A stretch of DNA of 64,000 nt from Lama guanicoe (lineage: Eukaryota), in assembly GCA_013239625.1 (NCBI GenBank), contig MU055356.1:3612575-3676574 (forward strand), in the 5' to 3' direction. This document shows, piece by piece, positions 13,309 through 27,130 of the stretch. The notes beneath the pieces are model-generated. The model was not told the DNA's origin, did not search any database, and saw only the letters and a program-made list of their open reading frames with translations. Positions within the stretch are counted from its first letter, which is position 1. Every line of letters begins with the position of its first letter. A program made the translations under genes and the position numbers.

Positions 13309-14384
13309 GCTTTGCTATGATGCTGACCCACGGTCAAGAATGGAGCTGGACTTCCGTCCCAGGAGGAAAACAATTTCAGGCAAGGATGGGTCATCCTGAG
13401 CACTTCATGGTACCAAAATCATTCCACACATACTTCTACAAAGCATTGTACTAGGTCACTGAAGACACTGTGATGAAGGAAGTCCTCTTCTGTGGGGCTG
13501 GCATTCCAGTAAAATAGTCAGAAAGGGCTCTGGGCCTGTCAGCATATGTAGGCAGTAACGTCAGAGTCCAAAGAAAGAATCCAGTGACTTCAAAAACCAC
13601 GCTGGGGTAAAAGCCAAAGGTGGGTGCAAATGCTGGGGTGACTCCAAGTTTTAAAAGAAAAGAATTGAAACCCATGTAGCAATAAGGCAGACCTCTGTTT
13701 CCCTAGAGAAGAGACACGGCCTTGTCCCTGAGCAAGGGAATCTCAACTCAGTGGTCCCCTCCTATGTCTGTCACACTCTACCAGGGTGTTGAGATGGGTC
13801 TAGTCTTGGATCTCAGGAGTGATGGACATCTACAAAAAGGATCTCACCCAAGAGATCTGTGGTATTACCTTCCTGATTACAAAAAAGAAAAAGTCTAAAA
13901 ACTAACCACTTCATCCCTGCCACAGTTGCCCAGATCTAAGTCAGGCCCTGTGTTTCACATCACAAAAGGGCTCCTTCGGCAACATGTAGGCCGACTGCTG
14001 ATTTGGTTCTTTGATGAGTAAAAACAACCTCTTGAATGTTCAACTTGTAAAACTAAGTCTAAACAGCTGGTGACAGGGACAACAAACGTCCCACGGTAAT
14101 CTTAACTCGACCAGGGTGTGCACGACGTTCAAACTCCGTAGCATACGTACACAGCCAAAGTCAGGAAGGAAAGGTGTTATGAAATATAGATCAGGAGTGT
14201 GCCTGTTTGAAGGTTAAGTGGTTTCTTGTTACATAGAAATAGTGCTGAGAGAAACCCAGAGTCACTCAAAGTAAAGCTGTGTGATCCATCTATGTTACAA
14301 CACAGGGCTCATGATAACAAATACTGTTTCCTGTTTTTATCCCGTTAAACATGAGGTTATAAAGACAAGAAGGCAGTGGGGTGA

Positions 14385-14560
14385 AATAAAACGACTTTGG
14401 ACTTTGGAGTCAGACAGATTTAGGTGTGAATGTCAAGTTAACCACTTACTAGATAACCTGGATCAAATTACACCGCCTCTCTGGGCCTCAATTTTCTAAT
14501 CTATAAAAGAGAGATATTAATAACTATCTCATAGGAGTTTCATATGAAATAAATGAGACT
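14385..14560 (+). mobile_element. MIR
   Basis: GGACTTTGGAGTCAGACAGATTTAGGTGTGAAT...CACTTACTAG...CTCTCTGGGCCTCAATTTTCTAATCTATAAAA core. Confidence 0.8.
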
Positions 14561-15073
14561 CTCCCCTCTCCTCTGACACACACCCACACCCACCCACACA
14601 TCCACACATCCACACCCCAAATAGTTAATCACTTCCCATCCTGTTAGCTCCGAACCTTGTCAGTACTCTATTACATAACTTTAAAAAGATTTGTTATAAA
14701 TTTGGAACTCTTTGGAGACAGAACATATATCTCATTATCTTTCTGTCACAAGGATTCAGAGAGGTCTTAGCATAGAGTAGGTACTTTAAAAAAAAACAGT
14801 TCTTATTGGGCTTTGTTTTCCTAACATCCACTGTGTTCATGTCGCCAGAGCCCTCTTCTCTATTTAAGATAAGAAATGAGAACAAGAGAAAGACAGGACT
14901 TAAGTTCCAAGATTACAATTGTGCCTACGCAAAAGCTTTTTACTACAAGTGGTGCGACAGTAGGAGATCTGTTGTTTCCGGTTTCTGCTTGTCCTTGTCT
15001 TGTGGTTACTCTTCCCTAAGAATTAGTATCTTGGTTCTCAGATATTGGGTCGAGCAATAGTGAACAGAAGGGC

Positions 15074-15280
15074 GGGGAGGGTGTAGCTCACTGGTAGAGC
15101 ACGTGCTTAGCATGCATGAGGTCCTGGGTTCAAGCCCCCGTATCTCCGTTAAGAAAATAAATAAATACATTTAGAATATGATGGCAAATGCATGCACATT
15201 CATGTATGATCAAAAAATTGTGCTGTATACCAGAAATGGACACAACATTGTAAACTGACTATAACTCAAAAAACAAAAGA
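15074..15280 (+). mobile_element. tRNA-Ala-derived camelid SINE head joined to an L1 3' tail
   Basis: GGGGAGGGTGTAGCTCACTGGTAGAGCACGTGCTTAGCATGCATGAGGTCCTGGGTTCAAGCCCC (A and B boxes), then ...TGTGCTGTATACCAGAAATGGACACAACATTGTAAACTGACTATAACTCAAAAAA; TSD AATA(G/C)TGAACAGA at 15056-15068 and 15281-15293. Confidence 0.85.
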
Positions 15281-16297
15281 AATACTGAACAGATAGCAGA
15301 TATTTTATCATGTGCACTGAAGACACAGCAGATAGAGAAGACAAAGATCTCCTTCCCCGTTTCCTGGGATCCAACTCGGAGCAGGACAAGGGGTTTCCCA
15401 CTTCAGTGTGAGCTGGCATCAGAGGACTCCGGGTGTGAGCTAAGGAGTGGCCACTGGAGGAGCAAAGGGGAAGACGAGGTGAAGTGGGGGAGCTCTTGAC
15501 AGTTCAGCAAGGAGAAGCGGGTCGGGGAAGTGCTGGCAAGCACAAAGTGTAGGACTGAGCTGGCTCCCTGAGAAGGAAGTCAGGGGTGTTCTTTGCCTAA
15601 GTGTAGGTTTAAATCGAAAAGCAGGAAGCTGGAAGTCAGGGGGACACAGGCAGGATACCCCTGAAACTTTTCTCCCCTGAAGCTGATAGTTTATTTCCCC
15701 CACTGAAACTGGCCTCAAAAATTTAGACATGTTTTTCTTCAAACTCTGTAGCTTCTCATTCTAAGCTCTGCAGTTTACACAGTGGAGCTCTGCTCGTGGA
15801 TTGGCAGATCTTTTAAAGGACTGTGAATATTTTCCTCCCTTGGTATGTTACATGTAAGGTCAACTTTATATTTGGATAAAATATAATCCAGATTCACAAG
15901 ACTGATATTTCATGAGATGCATAATCTGACAGATAAGGAGTCTTTAGCTCTGATCCCTAGTTCTGAACCATAACTTTCCTGGCTCTTTCTCCAATAAAAT
16001 AACTTGATTTTCCACTCAGTTAACAAACTATGTGACTGTGGACAACACACCCTCCCTTATCAAGGTCCTCCAAATTGACCCCTTCCTCCCGCCACATGCC
16101 CATCCCCTATTCCAGCCACACAGGATCAATGGAGGTCCACAAACATCATGTCCATAGAGCTTCAAAGTCTCTCTGCCTCTTGACAAAGTGGGTCTACTAC
16201 CTTCAAGGCTATTCTCAAAGGTCTCAACCACTCTAACGACCCTCTGGAAGAGAAGAGAGAATCTTCTCTCTGCCCTTGGTTTATTACTTACTCTCTA

Positions 16298-16431
16298 ATT
16301 GCCTTTTGTTTATTTGTTTGTTTTTAGAGGGCAGGTAATTAGGTTTATTTATCTATCTACTCTAATGGAGGTACCGGGGATTGAACCCAGGATGCTAGGC
16401 ACGCACCCTACCACTAAGCTAAACCCTCCCC
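16298..16431 (-). mobile_element. Camelid tRNA-derived SINE (Vic-type)
   Basis: Reverse complement GGGAGGGTTTAGCTTAGTGGTAG...CCTGGGTTCAATCCCCGGTACCTCC...AATAAACCTAATTACC; TSD ACTTACTCTCT at 16286-16296 and 16437-16447. Confidence 0.85.
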
Positions 16432-16509
16432 GCATCACTTACTCTCTCTATGAGGGACATGTCCTGAAGGGTGGCACACAGGTTTCTTTTCTTTCTAGAT
16501 AAATCTACC

Positions 16510-17350
16510 ATTCACTGATTTAAACTACATAAATCACACTTAGTGAGCATCAGGCTGTGTGCTTGGCTGGGCTTAAGCAAAGATGAAAAAGACCTAGTTC
16601 CTGCACTATGGAGACCACAGTTAGTAGAAGATGAGTAAACAGATGAGTAAATGGAAAATGAGAATATGAGGATGCAAGCCCTATGACACAGAGACGCAAA
16701 GGATGCTAAGAGAGGGTATGGAAGGAACGAGTCCCAGGCAGAGGAGTCTGGAAGAAAGGAGGAGGTGGCCCCGGGTGAGGACACCTGGGGTGGAGGGGGC
16801 AGTGAGCTGGCAACCCCTCGGAAATGGATGGAGAGCGCACACTCGGGGACCAGATGCCTTTCAGTAGGGGCACAGCACAGGCGGTGAGAGGACAGCGAGG
16901 ACGACAGAGGAGCAAGAGGAAGGCTTTAGGTTTTGTTCTAAAAAACTGAAAGCAGGTGACTCCGTTCCACGGGTAGCTGGAGGCTGTAAGGGGGTGAGCA
17001 GAAACGGAGAAACCTCTGAGGATGCTGTTGCTATAAAACGTGTGAGAAATGATGAAGGCCTAAAAGAGGCAGTGGTGGCGAGACTGAGGAAGGGAGGGCC
17101 AGTTCAGGGAAGCTGCTTTCAAAGTTTTCTCTGTCTGTCTTACTGATGGGTTGAATGTGGGGGCTGAGAGTGAGCCGGGTCAGGAACGGCCTCTTCATTT
17201 CTGTCCCGATTGCCTGTTATGGCTGAGATAGAGAAAGAAGGGCAGATTCAGTGGGTGAGAGAGGGAAAGATTCTGAGTTTAGTTTGGGACATGTCTGAGG
17301 TCCTATGGGGCACCCCAGGATGGCAGAGGACTACGCGTGTCTGTCACAGA
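16510..17350 (-). mobile_element. L2 fragment (3' end); further L2 pieces near 18200-18450
   Basis: CATTCA...GAGCA...TGTGTGCTTGGCTGGG...AAAGAC...GTTCCTGC, then degenerate L2 ORF2-type purine-rich sequence (TGAGAAATGATGAAGGCCT, GGGTTGAATGTGGGGG, GAGTTTAGTTTGGGACATGT). Confidence 0.7.
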
Positions 17351-18882
17351 GTAAAGACAAAGGAACTGAAGACAAGAATACTGGAATCGCTGGCATATAC
17401 GTAGTTGCTAAGCCGTTTAGAAGGACAAGAAGGACATACGGAATGAGAAGTGGGTTGCGCAGGTTACGACTGTGACGGAAGTCCATTAAGAGAGATTCAG
17501 AAGCCAGAATCCTAACTTTGCCCTGCCACCGAGTTCCCAAGCTCTACCCTTTACCCTCAAAGTCTCATCGCAGACTCCTCAAGGAAGTACATGCTCAGAG
17601 GTCGAAAACTAAGACCAGGTTGAAGTGTCTGCTTTCCCACTATAATGCTTCCCCGCTGTACCCTCACCCCCGTAGGAAGCCCCTCGGTGAGTGAGACTGG
17701 ACCATCCACGCCCCAATACCAGAGGCAGATACAAGGATCTACAGCAGTGAAACTAGCAGGCTGCTTAGTCCATTTGCCCTGAACTGAAACACAAGTCTCA
17801 GGCCTCTGTATCTGACCCTCCAATGTCAAGGAAAATGGTGTCAAAGGAAAGGCAAACTGAGGTCACCCAGAGGACAGAGCAAGGGCCTTTGCCGTGGTCT
17901 AGAGCAAAGACTCCAATCCAGACACCAAGGTATTCTCAGGATAAGGTATTTTCCTGGCAGCCATGGCTCCAAACCCATATTGCTCCCAGTTTCATGGGAG
18001 GAAGAGAGGGATTGTCTAAGGGTAATAATCAAGAGATAGATAGAGGGTGAGAGAATCCCCTGCACCTGGTTCCAATAAATGTCACTGCCCTTGATCCCAC
18101 TTAATCAGCCCTCTTCCTTGGGGATGAAGCTAGGAGTCAGAAGTTTCTAAGACTTGCCAAGAGCTCCCATTGAACCCAAAAGGCCAAACAAAGGACTCTG
18201 ACAAATATCTAAACTTTAGAGATGGACAAAACAAGGGGAAATCTAAGGAGATGCCTGAGAAGGAAGACTAAAAGGGTAGAAAGAAAAGCAGAAGAGAGTG
18301 TGCATTTCTAGAAATTACAGGAGGGTAGAGTTTAGAAAGGGCAAGTAGTCAAGAGTGTAAAATGCAATTGGATATGACAACTAGCAGGGCTGTAAGTGGC
18401 CTCAGTGAAACTGGTTTCCAGTGGAGGAGAACAGGACCAGAACCCCTGACAGTGGTGTACAGGCATGCTCACGATTCTCACACACGCTACGATCTGCATG
18501 GGTGAGAGCATGAATTGAGGATTCCACTGCGTGACAGCTAGCCAGCAGTCCCTGGAACTGGCTAATGGCCAACTCACAACAGAATTCTCAGCTAAGGAAG
18601 AAGGTACCTCAATAACACGGTCTTTGCTCAGTTACTGCCCAGATGGCTCACTTGAGTATCTGACCAGCAGATGGTGAAGCATCACAAGAGTGTTCCAGTT
18701 TTCCATGAGCTATGAACCTATTCATTCTCTTCCCTTGCTTACCATTTGTACAAATGTGGGTTAGTATTTCTTTTGGAGCTGGAGATGAACACACTTTTTA
18801 TCTTAAACTTCACTGGAAAACAAAGATGAGAAGATAAAAGAATGCCTCGTAGGACATCAGACTCAACGTGTCCAAAACTGAA

Positions 18883-18913
<31 letters not shown>

Positions 18914-19989
18914 GCGCATCAGCAAAGAAGCAGAAAGAGAAAGAGAAAGGATGAACTACGCCACCTGTATTAGGTTAAAACAAAACCCCTACACTAAACT
19001 TACACTAATATTAATATTTTGGGGGTGATTTGAGTCCTCGATTCAAGCCCCAGCTGTGCCACTTACCGGCTATGGACCTTGGGAGAGTTACTTCATCTCT
19101 TTTATTTTCATTTCCCTTTGTGGTGAAATGGGATGGTAACAGTGATACCTAACTCATGGAATTGTAAGAGCTAAATACTAAGAACGCATACACTTAAGGA
19201 CAGCTATCTTTTTAATTCTGCATATGTGTGTTCTGTAATTTGCAGAGTAGGAAATGGGTTTTGTACAATGGCAAAGAATTTTCTCTTAGAAGTCGGTCTT
19301 CCATTTTAAAAGTCTTTTTCATAGGGGAAATAATGAACTGAAATAGTAAGCAATTTGGGGATTAGATCAGAATTAAAACTTAAAATGGTAGTAGTTAACA
19401 TCCAATCTCTTTGATGAGTATTCATTATTTTTTAGAGGACTGAAACTGGTTGTATCTGTGGCTTTGGTATTCAGTTTCATTACATAAAAGTTGTATAAAT
19501 TAAAACAAGAACACATACATACAGCATGACTTCTGGTGCAAACTAAGGGCTCAATAAATGTTATCTACTCTAATTATTATGGCCCTTCAGAATTTGTGAG
19601 GGCCTCCAATTGATCATTATGGATCTCAAAACTAATTATAGCATATTTACTATTCAAGATCATTTGCATTCACAAAACACACATAACATAAACACCCATA
19701 CATATGCATACACATATGTGTAACAAGACAGTTTCTCCAAAAAGGCAGTCTCCACATTATAAAGAGCTTCAAGCTAAAAATATATCAATAAGAATGTTCT
19801 TTGACCCTAGAAATGTTTCTTCCCCTTCACAGAAACAATGAGTATAATAAAGTACTCACAGAATTCTAGGACCCAAATTCTCTTTATGAAGGCTGACACT
19901 TAGGAAAATGTACTTAAATGAAGTGAAAATATTCAAGCTTCAAGGGAATTAGTGGATGCTGAGAATATACTGGCCCAAGAGATGTTCTA

Positions 19990-20470
19990 GTTTCTAGTTA
20001 GCCAGAGACTGGAGAGTTAAAATTGGAGGGGCGGGGGGAATCCAAGACTAGGGTTCCAGGCAAGACTTAGTTCTTAGTTTCCACCAATCAGATGAACTTA
20101 TGTGAAATGTTGATTTTGACTCATGAGTCACGTGGAGAGAGAAGCAGAGGGTGGGGCATGCTGGCTGCCAGAAGCTGGCTGGTTTCTGAATCTGGTTCTT
20201 CCTGGCTTAGCAGTCACTGCTGCTTTCCAGAGGGCAGCAGAGGAAATGGACCTCTGGGAGCAACAGCTCCCTTATCATCAGCTTCCTACAGAGGTGGCAG
20301 TTTTCTTGACTGAGCACAGCAGAAAGGTTCTGGGAGCTTGTCTCTAGATCAGCCTTCCATTCCAGTTCTTCCAACAATTTTGAAGTCCTAGCCCACTGCA
20401 TCAAATCTCTGTCTACTTAAACTAGCTATAACCGATTCTGCTGTCTGCAGTGGAACCCTCCCTGAACAAG
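19990..20470 (+). mobile_element. Ancient ERVL-type solo LTR (LTR16/LTR33-like)
   Basis: CCAATCAGA box; 3' end TCTACTTAAACTAGCTATAACCGATTCTGCTGTCTGCAGTGGAACCCT resembles ERVL LTR termini. Confidence 0.55.
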
Positions 20471-23400
20471 AGAGACGAGCAGAGAAAATACAGCTTTGGA
20501 CCAGGGTCCAGTCACTGCCTAGGCAAATCAGACCTGCTGAGATCCCTGCCTAAGAGTGATTTGTGCTAGTTCTCATTGTTGAACCCCGTCCACATCAGAG
20601 CCTGGAGAAACCCAAGGAAACTTGCAAACAATTTTCTATCAAGAAACCACATGGGATTGGGGAGGAGGGGGAAGGGAGAAGGTGGAAGAACAGAGATATT
20701 TCAGAGGTAGACAAGGAGTAATGTGTATGTATTGATGGTCTGTAATATAGTCATTTGAAAGGTAGGCACTATCCGCAATGGAAATACTCAAGAAGAAGCT
20801 TTTGAAAAGCCATGCTTCTTGGATTCCATCCCAAGTTAACTCAATCAGAACCCAGTGGGGGAGGTGGGGGTGCACCTAGCAATCTGGCCATTGTGATGGG
20901 TAATGAGGTTTGAGGGCCAATGCCGTATGGTAAGTATGCTTCGACAGAGAGAGAACTTCAAAGCTGTTACTATGGTTCACTTTCAGAAACAATTTAGAAG
21001 CTGAAAGGAGGACGATCACTTTATCTTAGACACATGTTTCCTTTTAGCCTGCAGTTACTGATGTTAAGAAAGAGCAGGATTTGCTGTCAGATGAAATCTC
21101 TCCATTGAAGAAGATAGGAATTCTTGTGGGTGCCCCAGCCTGATCCTGAGAGCCCGAGGGCGACAGATGTGTCACCTGACAGCAGCCACCAATTTAAGGA
21201 GGCAAATCACATCTGCCTGATCCGTGGCTCTAGAGACGCACAGTCTGGATGTTTTGCATTCATTGTTGTTGAGAGAAGATATCTGTCAAGTCATTGGGTT
21301 GGTACTAAGCACCCAGCCTCGCTGTGGTCCATGAGCCTTGCACTGGAATGAGCCCGTGTAAATGGCAAAAGACAGTCAATGTGGATAGACAAGTCACTCG
21401 GTGCAGTAACTGCTGATAACATACAAATCCGAAATCTAAAGGTCAGTAAACTGCTGCGTTCAAATGAAACTTCGAGGGTGTGAGTCCTGTGCTCAGCCCC
21501 GACACACGGAGAGGACTGGCCCACCACCAAGCCCTGAGGAGGACTTTCATCTCATGGGGCTGGAATCACCCTCCTTTCTTGTCTACACGCTTTTCCGTCA
21601 TCACCAAAAAATTGGAGCGGGCTAACAGGCCTCTTCCTCTTGGCATTTAGAAATACCTCTCTTTTCATTTCTCATTAAAGAAAAATGTATATAAAGAGCT
21701 GAGAAAAATCTGAAAAATAGAACATATGCATCACATCACCTTCCTTCCACTTCCAATTTGAAATCACTTGATATTTTATACAAATACGAAGTAAATAGGC
21801 TGATAGGAGGATTTCAGCTAGAAATATAAAGGGAAAGAAACTGATCCTTCTTGAGCATTTTCGGAATGCCAAGCACTGTGGTCAGGAGTAGGTATCGCTG
21901 TTCATGTTACACGGAACGCAGGCTGAGGGAAGATAAGCAACTGGCCATGGGACACACAAGGAATGCAGACCCAGGATGAGACCCGTGACTGTCTAGTCTC
22001 TTTCCCGACAAGCTCTCATTATTGTTAAAAAGGAAAAAAAAAAAGAATGTTTACTTAGCACATTTCATTTAGAAATACAGATATCTAAATATACAGTGAA
22101 GATGACTTGCAGATTAAGCTCGGTTCTTTACTGGAGACTGGAAAAAGCACATATTCCCAGAAGGGAGCTGAAAATAGTTGCATCCTTCAAACTCTGTGAG
22201 AGTCTCCCAGGAGGCAGGGAAATGCACAGACTCCGAGGGACTGCCCGAGGGGAGCAAAGATGCCCAGAGATGGACCGGAACGTTCAGGGAAAAAAGTGTT
22301 CTTCTGACCACTAGGTAGTTGAACAGCGTAATAGTGGAGTGAAGAGGGTAAATTGTCGGTGCCGGGCCCAAGCAGGCCCCATTACTTTCTCATTCTTGTG
22401 ACCTCTGGGCAACTCTTCCATTAGTTAAAAGAAAACACAAATGTGTATTTCACAGAAATTCCAGTTAAATCAAAAATGTGAAGGGCTTAGCACAATGTCT
22501 GATGCTGGGGATCTATTTAATAATTTTTTAATCACTCTTAATATTAATTATTCAGGAAAAAGACAGATTGTTTACCTACCCTTCACAAAGGCCCCCAACT
22601 CTTCTCCAGCAAGGGTGGACGTTGGCCTCCAGTTTGGGGCCACTGATCAGCCTGGTTGTTCCTACAACAGAGCTGTACCGTGTTCATGTACTTGGGGAGG
22701 GTTGGGGGAGACTCAGCTCAACAGCTTGCACCAGGGCTTCTCCTGGAGAGAAAATTGTCTCTGTTTAGAAAAATATCCTAGTAAGTAGCTCGGGGTAGAA
22801 AAGATAAGGTTCTGGGAGACGTGATGAAGGAGGAGGCAGCAAACAAAGCCTGGCTGAAGAAATGCAGAGGGATTCTGAACTGAGGGATGGCATGAAAAAA
22901 AGAAGAGGGGAGGATGGGGGAGGAGGGGACGAGGGGCTGGGAGTAAGAGGGCCTGGACCTGGGCTGGCAGAGGAATGCAGCTGGAAAGAACTCCCTTGGT
23001 GGCAAAGTGGCCTAAGAACGTTTAAAAGCAAGGATGCCTAATATTCTCCTTAAATGTTTTGCTGGGATATAAACCCTCTCCTGCTGCCTGTAAGTCTTCA
23101 TTATGGAACAGTTCCACGTGGGAGTGAATCAGGGATGAAGCAGGGATGCTAGTTAAGGGAAAAAAGATGGAGTTCCCCTTGGGGTCAGCTTGGAGCACAG
23201 AGAACAAGGCAGCTGGGGGTGGATAAGATGCAGCGAGGTCAAGAGTTTACCAGGAAAAACTGCCCATGAGAATAGGTTCAGGAACGTGCAGAAATCTGGG
23301 GTATGGCACTGCAACCTTCCAGGAGATATGAAATGGGAGATCGAGACAATTTTATTTAAATCTCAAAGGACAGGGTGACCTCAGAGACAAGGGTGACCTC

Positions 23401-25610
23401 AGCTAACATCTGAGTCACATTAGCATTTCCAGATCAGGGAGGGGAAGATAAGCAAGCCCGACGATAAGTGGGATTGTAGACAGCAGTGATTTTCAAAGCT
23501 TGTTTGTATTTTACAGAGAAACTCTTTCTTCAAATAAAACATTACTCGGAAGTCCAGCGTGAAAACAAACACAAGATTATCTGGTCAGCTTGGTGTGTGT
23601 GTGCACATGCATGTGGGGTGTGTGTGTGTGTGTGTGCGTGTGTGTATGTAAGAGAGAAAGAGAGGATAGCGGGGAGAGACAGTCATATGTACCTGCTTCC
23701 TCCACCGTCCGCTTTCCTCCCACCCACAGAGAAGTCCTTCTCATGATTGGGGTCTAACATCATGGTTTTAAAACCATGTATAAAGGCGCACCTGGCTATT
23801 TTTCAAAGAAGGAGCACAGGAGGTAAGCTCATAGGTCTCAAATCAGATTGCCTGCAACTCCTTATGTGAGTCTAGGCAAAATATTTTAACACTTCTTTGT
23901 TCTTTATACATCGACTGGCTCTGTAAAAGACCTCATAGGATTATTGTGAGGATTAAATGCAAAATTCATATGAAGTACTGTAAAAAGTAAAGTATTATAA
24001 AGGCACCGAGTAAATAATACACTGTAACCATTACTGTTACTTTGATGCACTTCTTTGCACAAGAATAATAAACAGTTAATCAAACAATTCCAAGTTGGCA
24101 ATTACCCAAAAGAGGTCTTGGTGAAGAGAGGAGAGGAAAAGGAAGTTCCTAGGGAGACACAGAGGGACGACGGACTCCGGGGCAGCCTCAGACTGAGAGG
24201 AGAGTGAGGGAGGCACTGGGGGAAGGAAGGGTCTCCATCCCAGAAGAGTAACCACTGAGACCTTTCCAAGCCAGAAGGTGCCTAACCTAAGTTACCACTA
24301 ACTGTTCAACTTAAGTCCATTTGACTGATTTACCATGAACCACATGCTACTCCTCTTAGCATTTTGGCCCAAGGACCCTTAATTATCATCAGCTGAAATG
24401 AACTAAGGTATCAAAACCCCCTGTCCAGTGGGACATGGTATCTTGAAACAGAAAGCAGAACAGAATACTGGTAAGAAACTATATATTCATAAGTCTACTG
24501 TTCTAGCCTTATTCTAAAATGAGGAGATCGCAATTATCAGGAATCCAAAAGTTCCCTACAAAATATAATTTCCTCTTATGCCATCCCACAAAATTCTTGA
24601 CTACACACTGAGATGTGTGCGTGTGTGTTCCCAAAACTTAAAAGACTCACATTATCTGAGTAAATCATCTTCTAACAAAGTCCAAAAGCTAAAATAGTGC
24701 ATGTTTTCTACCCCCCCAAAAAATTCTTGGAATTGTATTGCTTTTAATAAAATTTATTAACTTAATCATTTTCTATAAAAGGAGATGTTAAAAAGTAGAG
24801 GGAGTATAAAAATGATTTGTGGAGGCTCATAAAACAATAAACTGTACTTTGTAGAATGCAGGAAAATGGGAGAGAAATTTAGCTCTCTTCTCTTTCCAGT
24901 AGCCATGTGACATCCAGGCCAGAGTCCAGCTCTGCACCGTTCACGCTGCCTGGGCAGTTTGGTTTTGTGGGGTATGCTAAGAGAGTCTGGACCCCTGGGG
25001 AGGGCTGAAATGGAGTAGCACTGCTGATGTGCTTTAGGAAAGAGAAGTAAGAAAGTAGCTTCAAGACTGGGAGAAGAGCCACAGTAAGACTCCGGAGTCC
25101 CTGGCACAGGGAGGTGGGCAAATGGGGAAAGACAGTTAAAAGCCTGAAGAATAATGAAGTGTAGCCTTCCCTCGTGGAACCAAGGAGTGGTTCCATATGT
25201 CTTTATTGGCAGGGAGATTTCTAGAAAATCCTGTTATCAAGCATCAGAGAGTTTGGATGGAGATCAAATGAATTGCCCAAGGTCACACGCTGTGTCAGGG
25301 CAGACCCAGAGTTAGAACTCATAGCCCTGAAGTTTCCAATCTATTGCTTGGCTCCCTAAACCACAAATGCTTGTCAAGGAAAAAAAGTCTCCCTAGAGCT
25401 GAGGCAATACAGCTGGAGAATATTAACCCCAAGGTTTAAAACAGACAGGATTTCACTGGATCACAGACCCATAACCTCCTTGGGTGGAGACACAGGGAAC
25501 GCTGGAGGGCAAGGCTAGGGTGGAGGGTGGGTGGTGGCAGGAATGGCTAAGAAGACAAGGAAGCTAAACTAGTGATCGGATGCCCCACCCTAATAAACCA
25601 TCATCCTTCA

Positions 25611-25612
<2 letters not shown>

Positions 25613-25642
<30 letters not shown>

Positions 25643-25790
25643 TTCCATTAAATGTTGCTGGTTGACAAAATTGAAAATACTTGTCTGAGAGAAGAATCAT
25701 TGCTTTAGAATAAGTCATTGGTGTGTGTGCAAGAGTGTGTAGGAGTGTGTGTGTGTGTGAATGTGTGTGTGTGTGCATCTGTGTGTGTTT
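25613..25790. repeat. (CA)n followed by imperfect (TG)n microsatellites
   Basis: Direct reading. Confidence 0.9.
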
Positions 25791-26147
25791 TCCTCAAAGC
25801 CAGAAAAGAGACCCCTATTAGGTCAATAAAGAGCTCTGATTAATTACAAGATAAAAACAAACGAAACAAAACACAAGGGCAGTTAAGTCTAAGATCATTG
25901 AAAAAAGCACCTTTCATCTTCTGGATGATCTCCTTGTATTTTTGGTCTTTAAGCCTTGGGTTTGTAACCTTTCTTGGCCATTAACTCCATTGAGAACTTG
26001 ATTAAAGTTTATGGACCCATACTGACAAATTTAATATAAAAATTTCAGGAGTTCAAAGACTCCATAAGTCAAACTACCCGTGTATGAGAAGCCCTGTTGA
26101 GAGAGGCTCTGCAGTGCTCAGCAGATGTGAATGACATTGATTGGTCC

Positions 26148-26343
26148 ATTGGTTTCCAAAAACCTGTCTGTGAGCCAGCAGCCTCATGATCACATAGGTC
26201 ACTTGTTAAATATACAGAGATCTGAACATGGTCCTAATGAATCTGAATGCGGGGAGCTACAGGGGTAGGGCAGGCCCCACGGGAACCAGTATTTTAACAA
26301 ATGTTCCAGATTATTCTGACAATCAGACTCGAGAACCCCTGCT
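26148..26343. mobile_element. MER5-type hAT-Charlie MITE
   Basis: TGGTTTCCAAA...ATCAC...CTTGTTAAATATACAGA...GAATCTGAAT...TATTTTAACAA...ATTCTGA...GAGAACCCCTG. Confidence 0.6.
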
Positions 26344-27130
26344 TCGGGCAGCTGCTTAATGATGCTGTTAACTGCTTGGAAACTGAATGTGATAAAAGTA
26401 ACAGGAGTTAGAAGAGGGGGAGGTATAAGAATAGTGATCGTATCTTTCGATTCTGATTTGGGACCGATGGTCTAACAATGGCAAAAAAATATTTAAAATC
26501 TGGCCCATCCTAGGAAATCTGGGACATATGGTCATCATGATATAAGATGAAAAATGTCTGAGAAATCACTGCTTTCAAGATAAGATGACCAGATGGTCTA
26601 CATTAAGACAGAAAGTTCCATCATTTGATTTCATATCCTGCATCTCTGATTTTCTCTTGCCTTCTCCTCAAGCAATCGAAGCACCCTCTTCCTTTTATCA
26701 CCAGATTTCTCCAACTGCTCCAGATGTCAGGAAACCTCACTCTAGCCGCTTCTGATCAGCCTCAGGGCTGCTTCACAGGCCAAGAGCAGCCTTCCCCGCT
26801 CTCCTTTGCTTTCTAAGCAAAAGCCCCAGAGATTTAATCTAGTTCCTTCTCCTTAGGTAGCTACTTGCACCCACTCTCCAGGGGAGACTCTGTCCTCTCA
26901 CATGAGGACCAAGGGAGCAAAATGCAGCTTAGCATCACCAGCTGACTCTAAGAGGGTTCGCACCAGCCCCTTTCTTCTTACTGATCATTACAAGGAGAAA
27001 GGCAGGACAAATGGAAACAACCAACGTGGAAAAGCTCCCTCGTTGACAGTGTTCTTACTGTTGTATTCACTGGGCTATAACTGCTGACTTCTTTATGTAT
27101 TTTCAAAATCTTGTTTCCCGTATATTTCTT

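Noticed and set aside
15074-15146. Functional tRNA-Ala gene
   Set aside because: Acceptor stem is disrupted, an A-rich tail and TSD are present, and related SINE copies occur nearby.
18664-18677. Second CTCF-like motif CCAGCAGATGGTGA
   Set aside because: Mismatched 3' end and no CpG-rich context.
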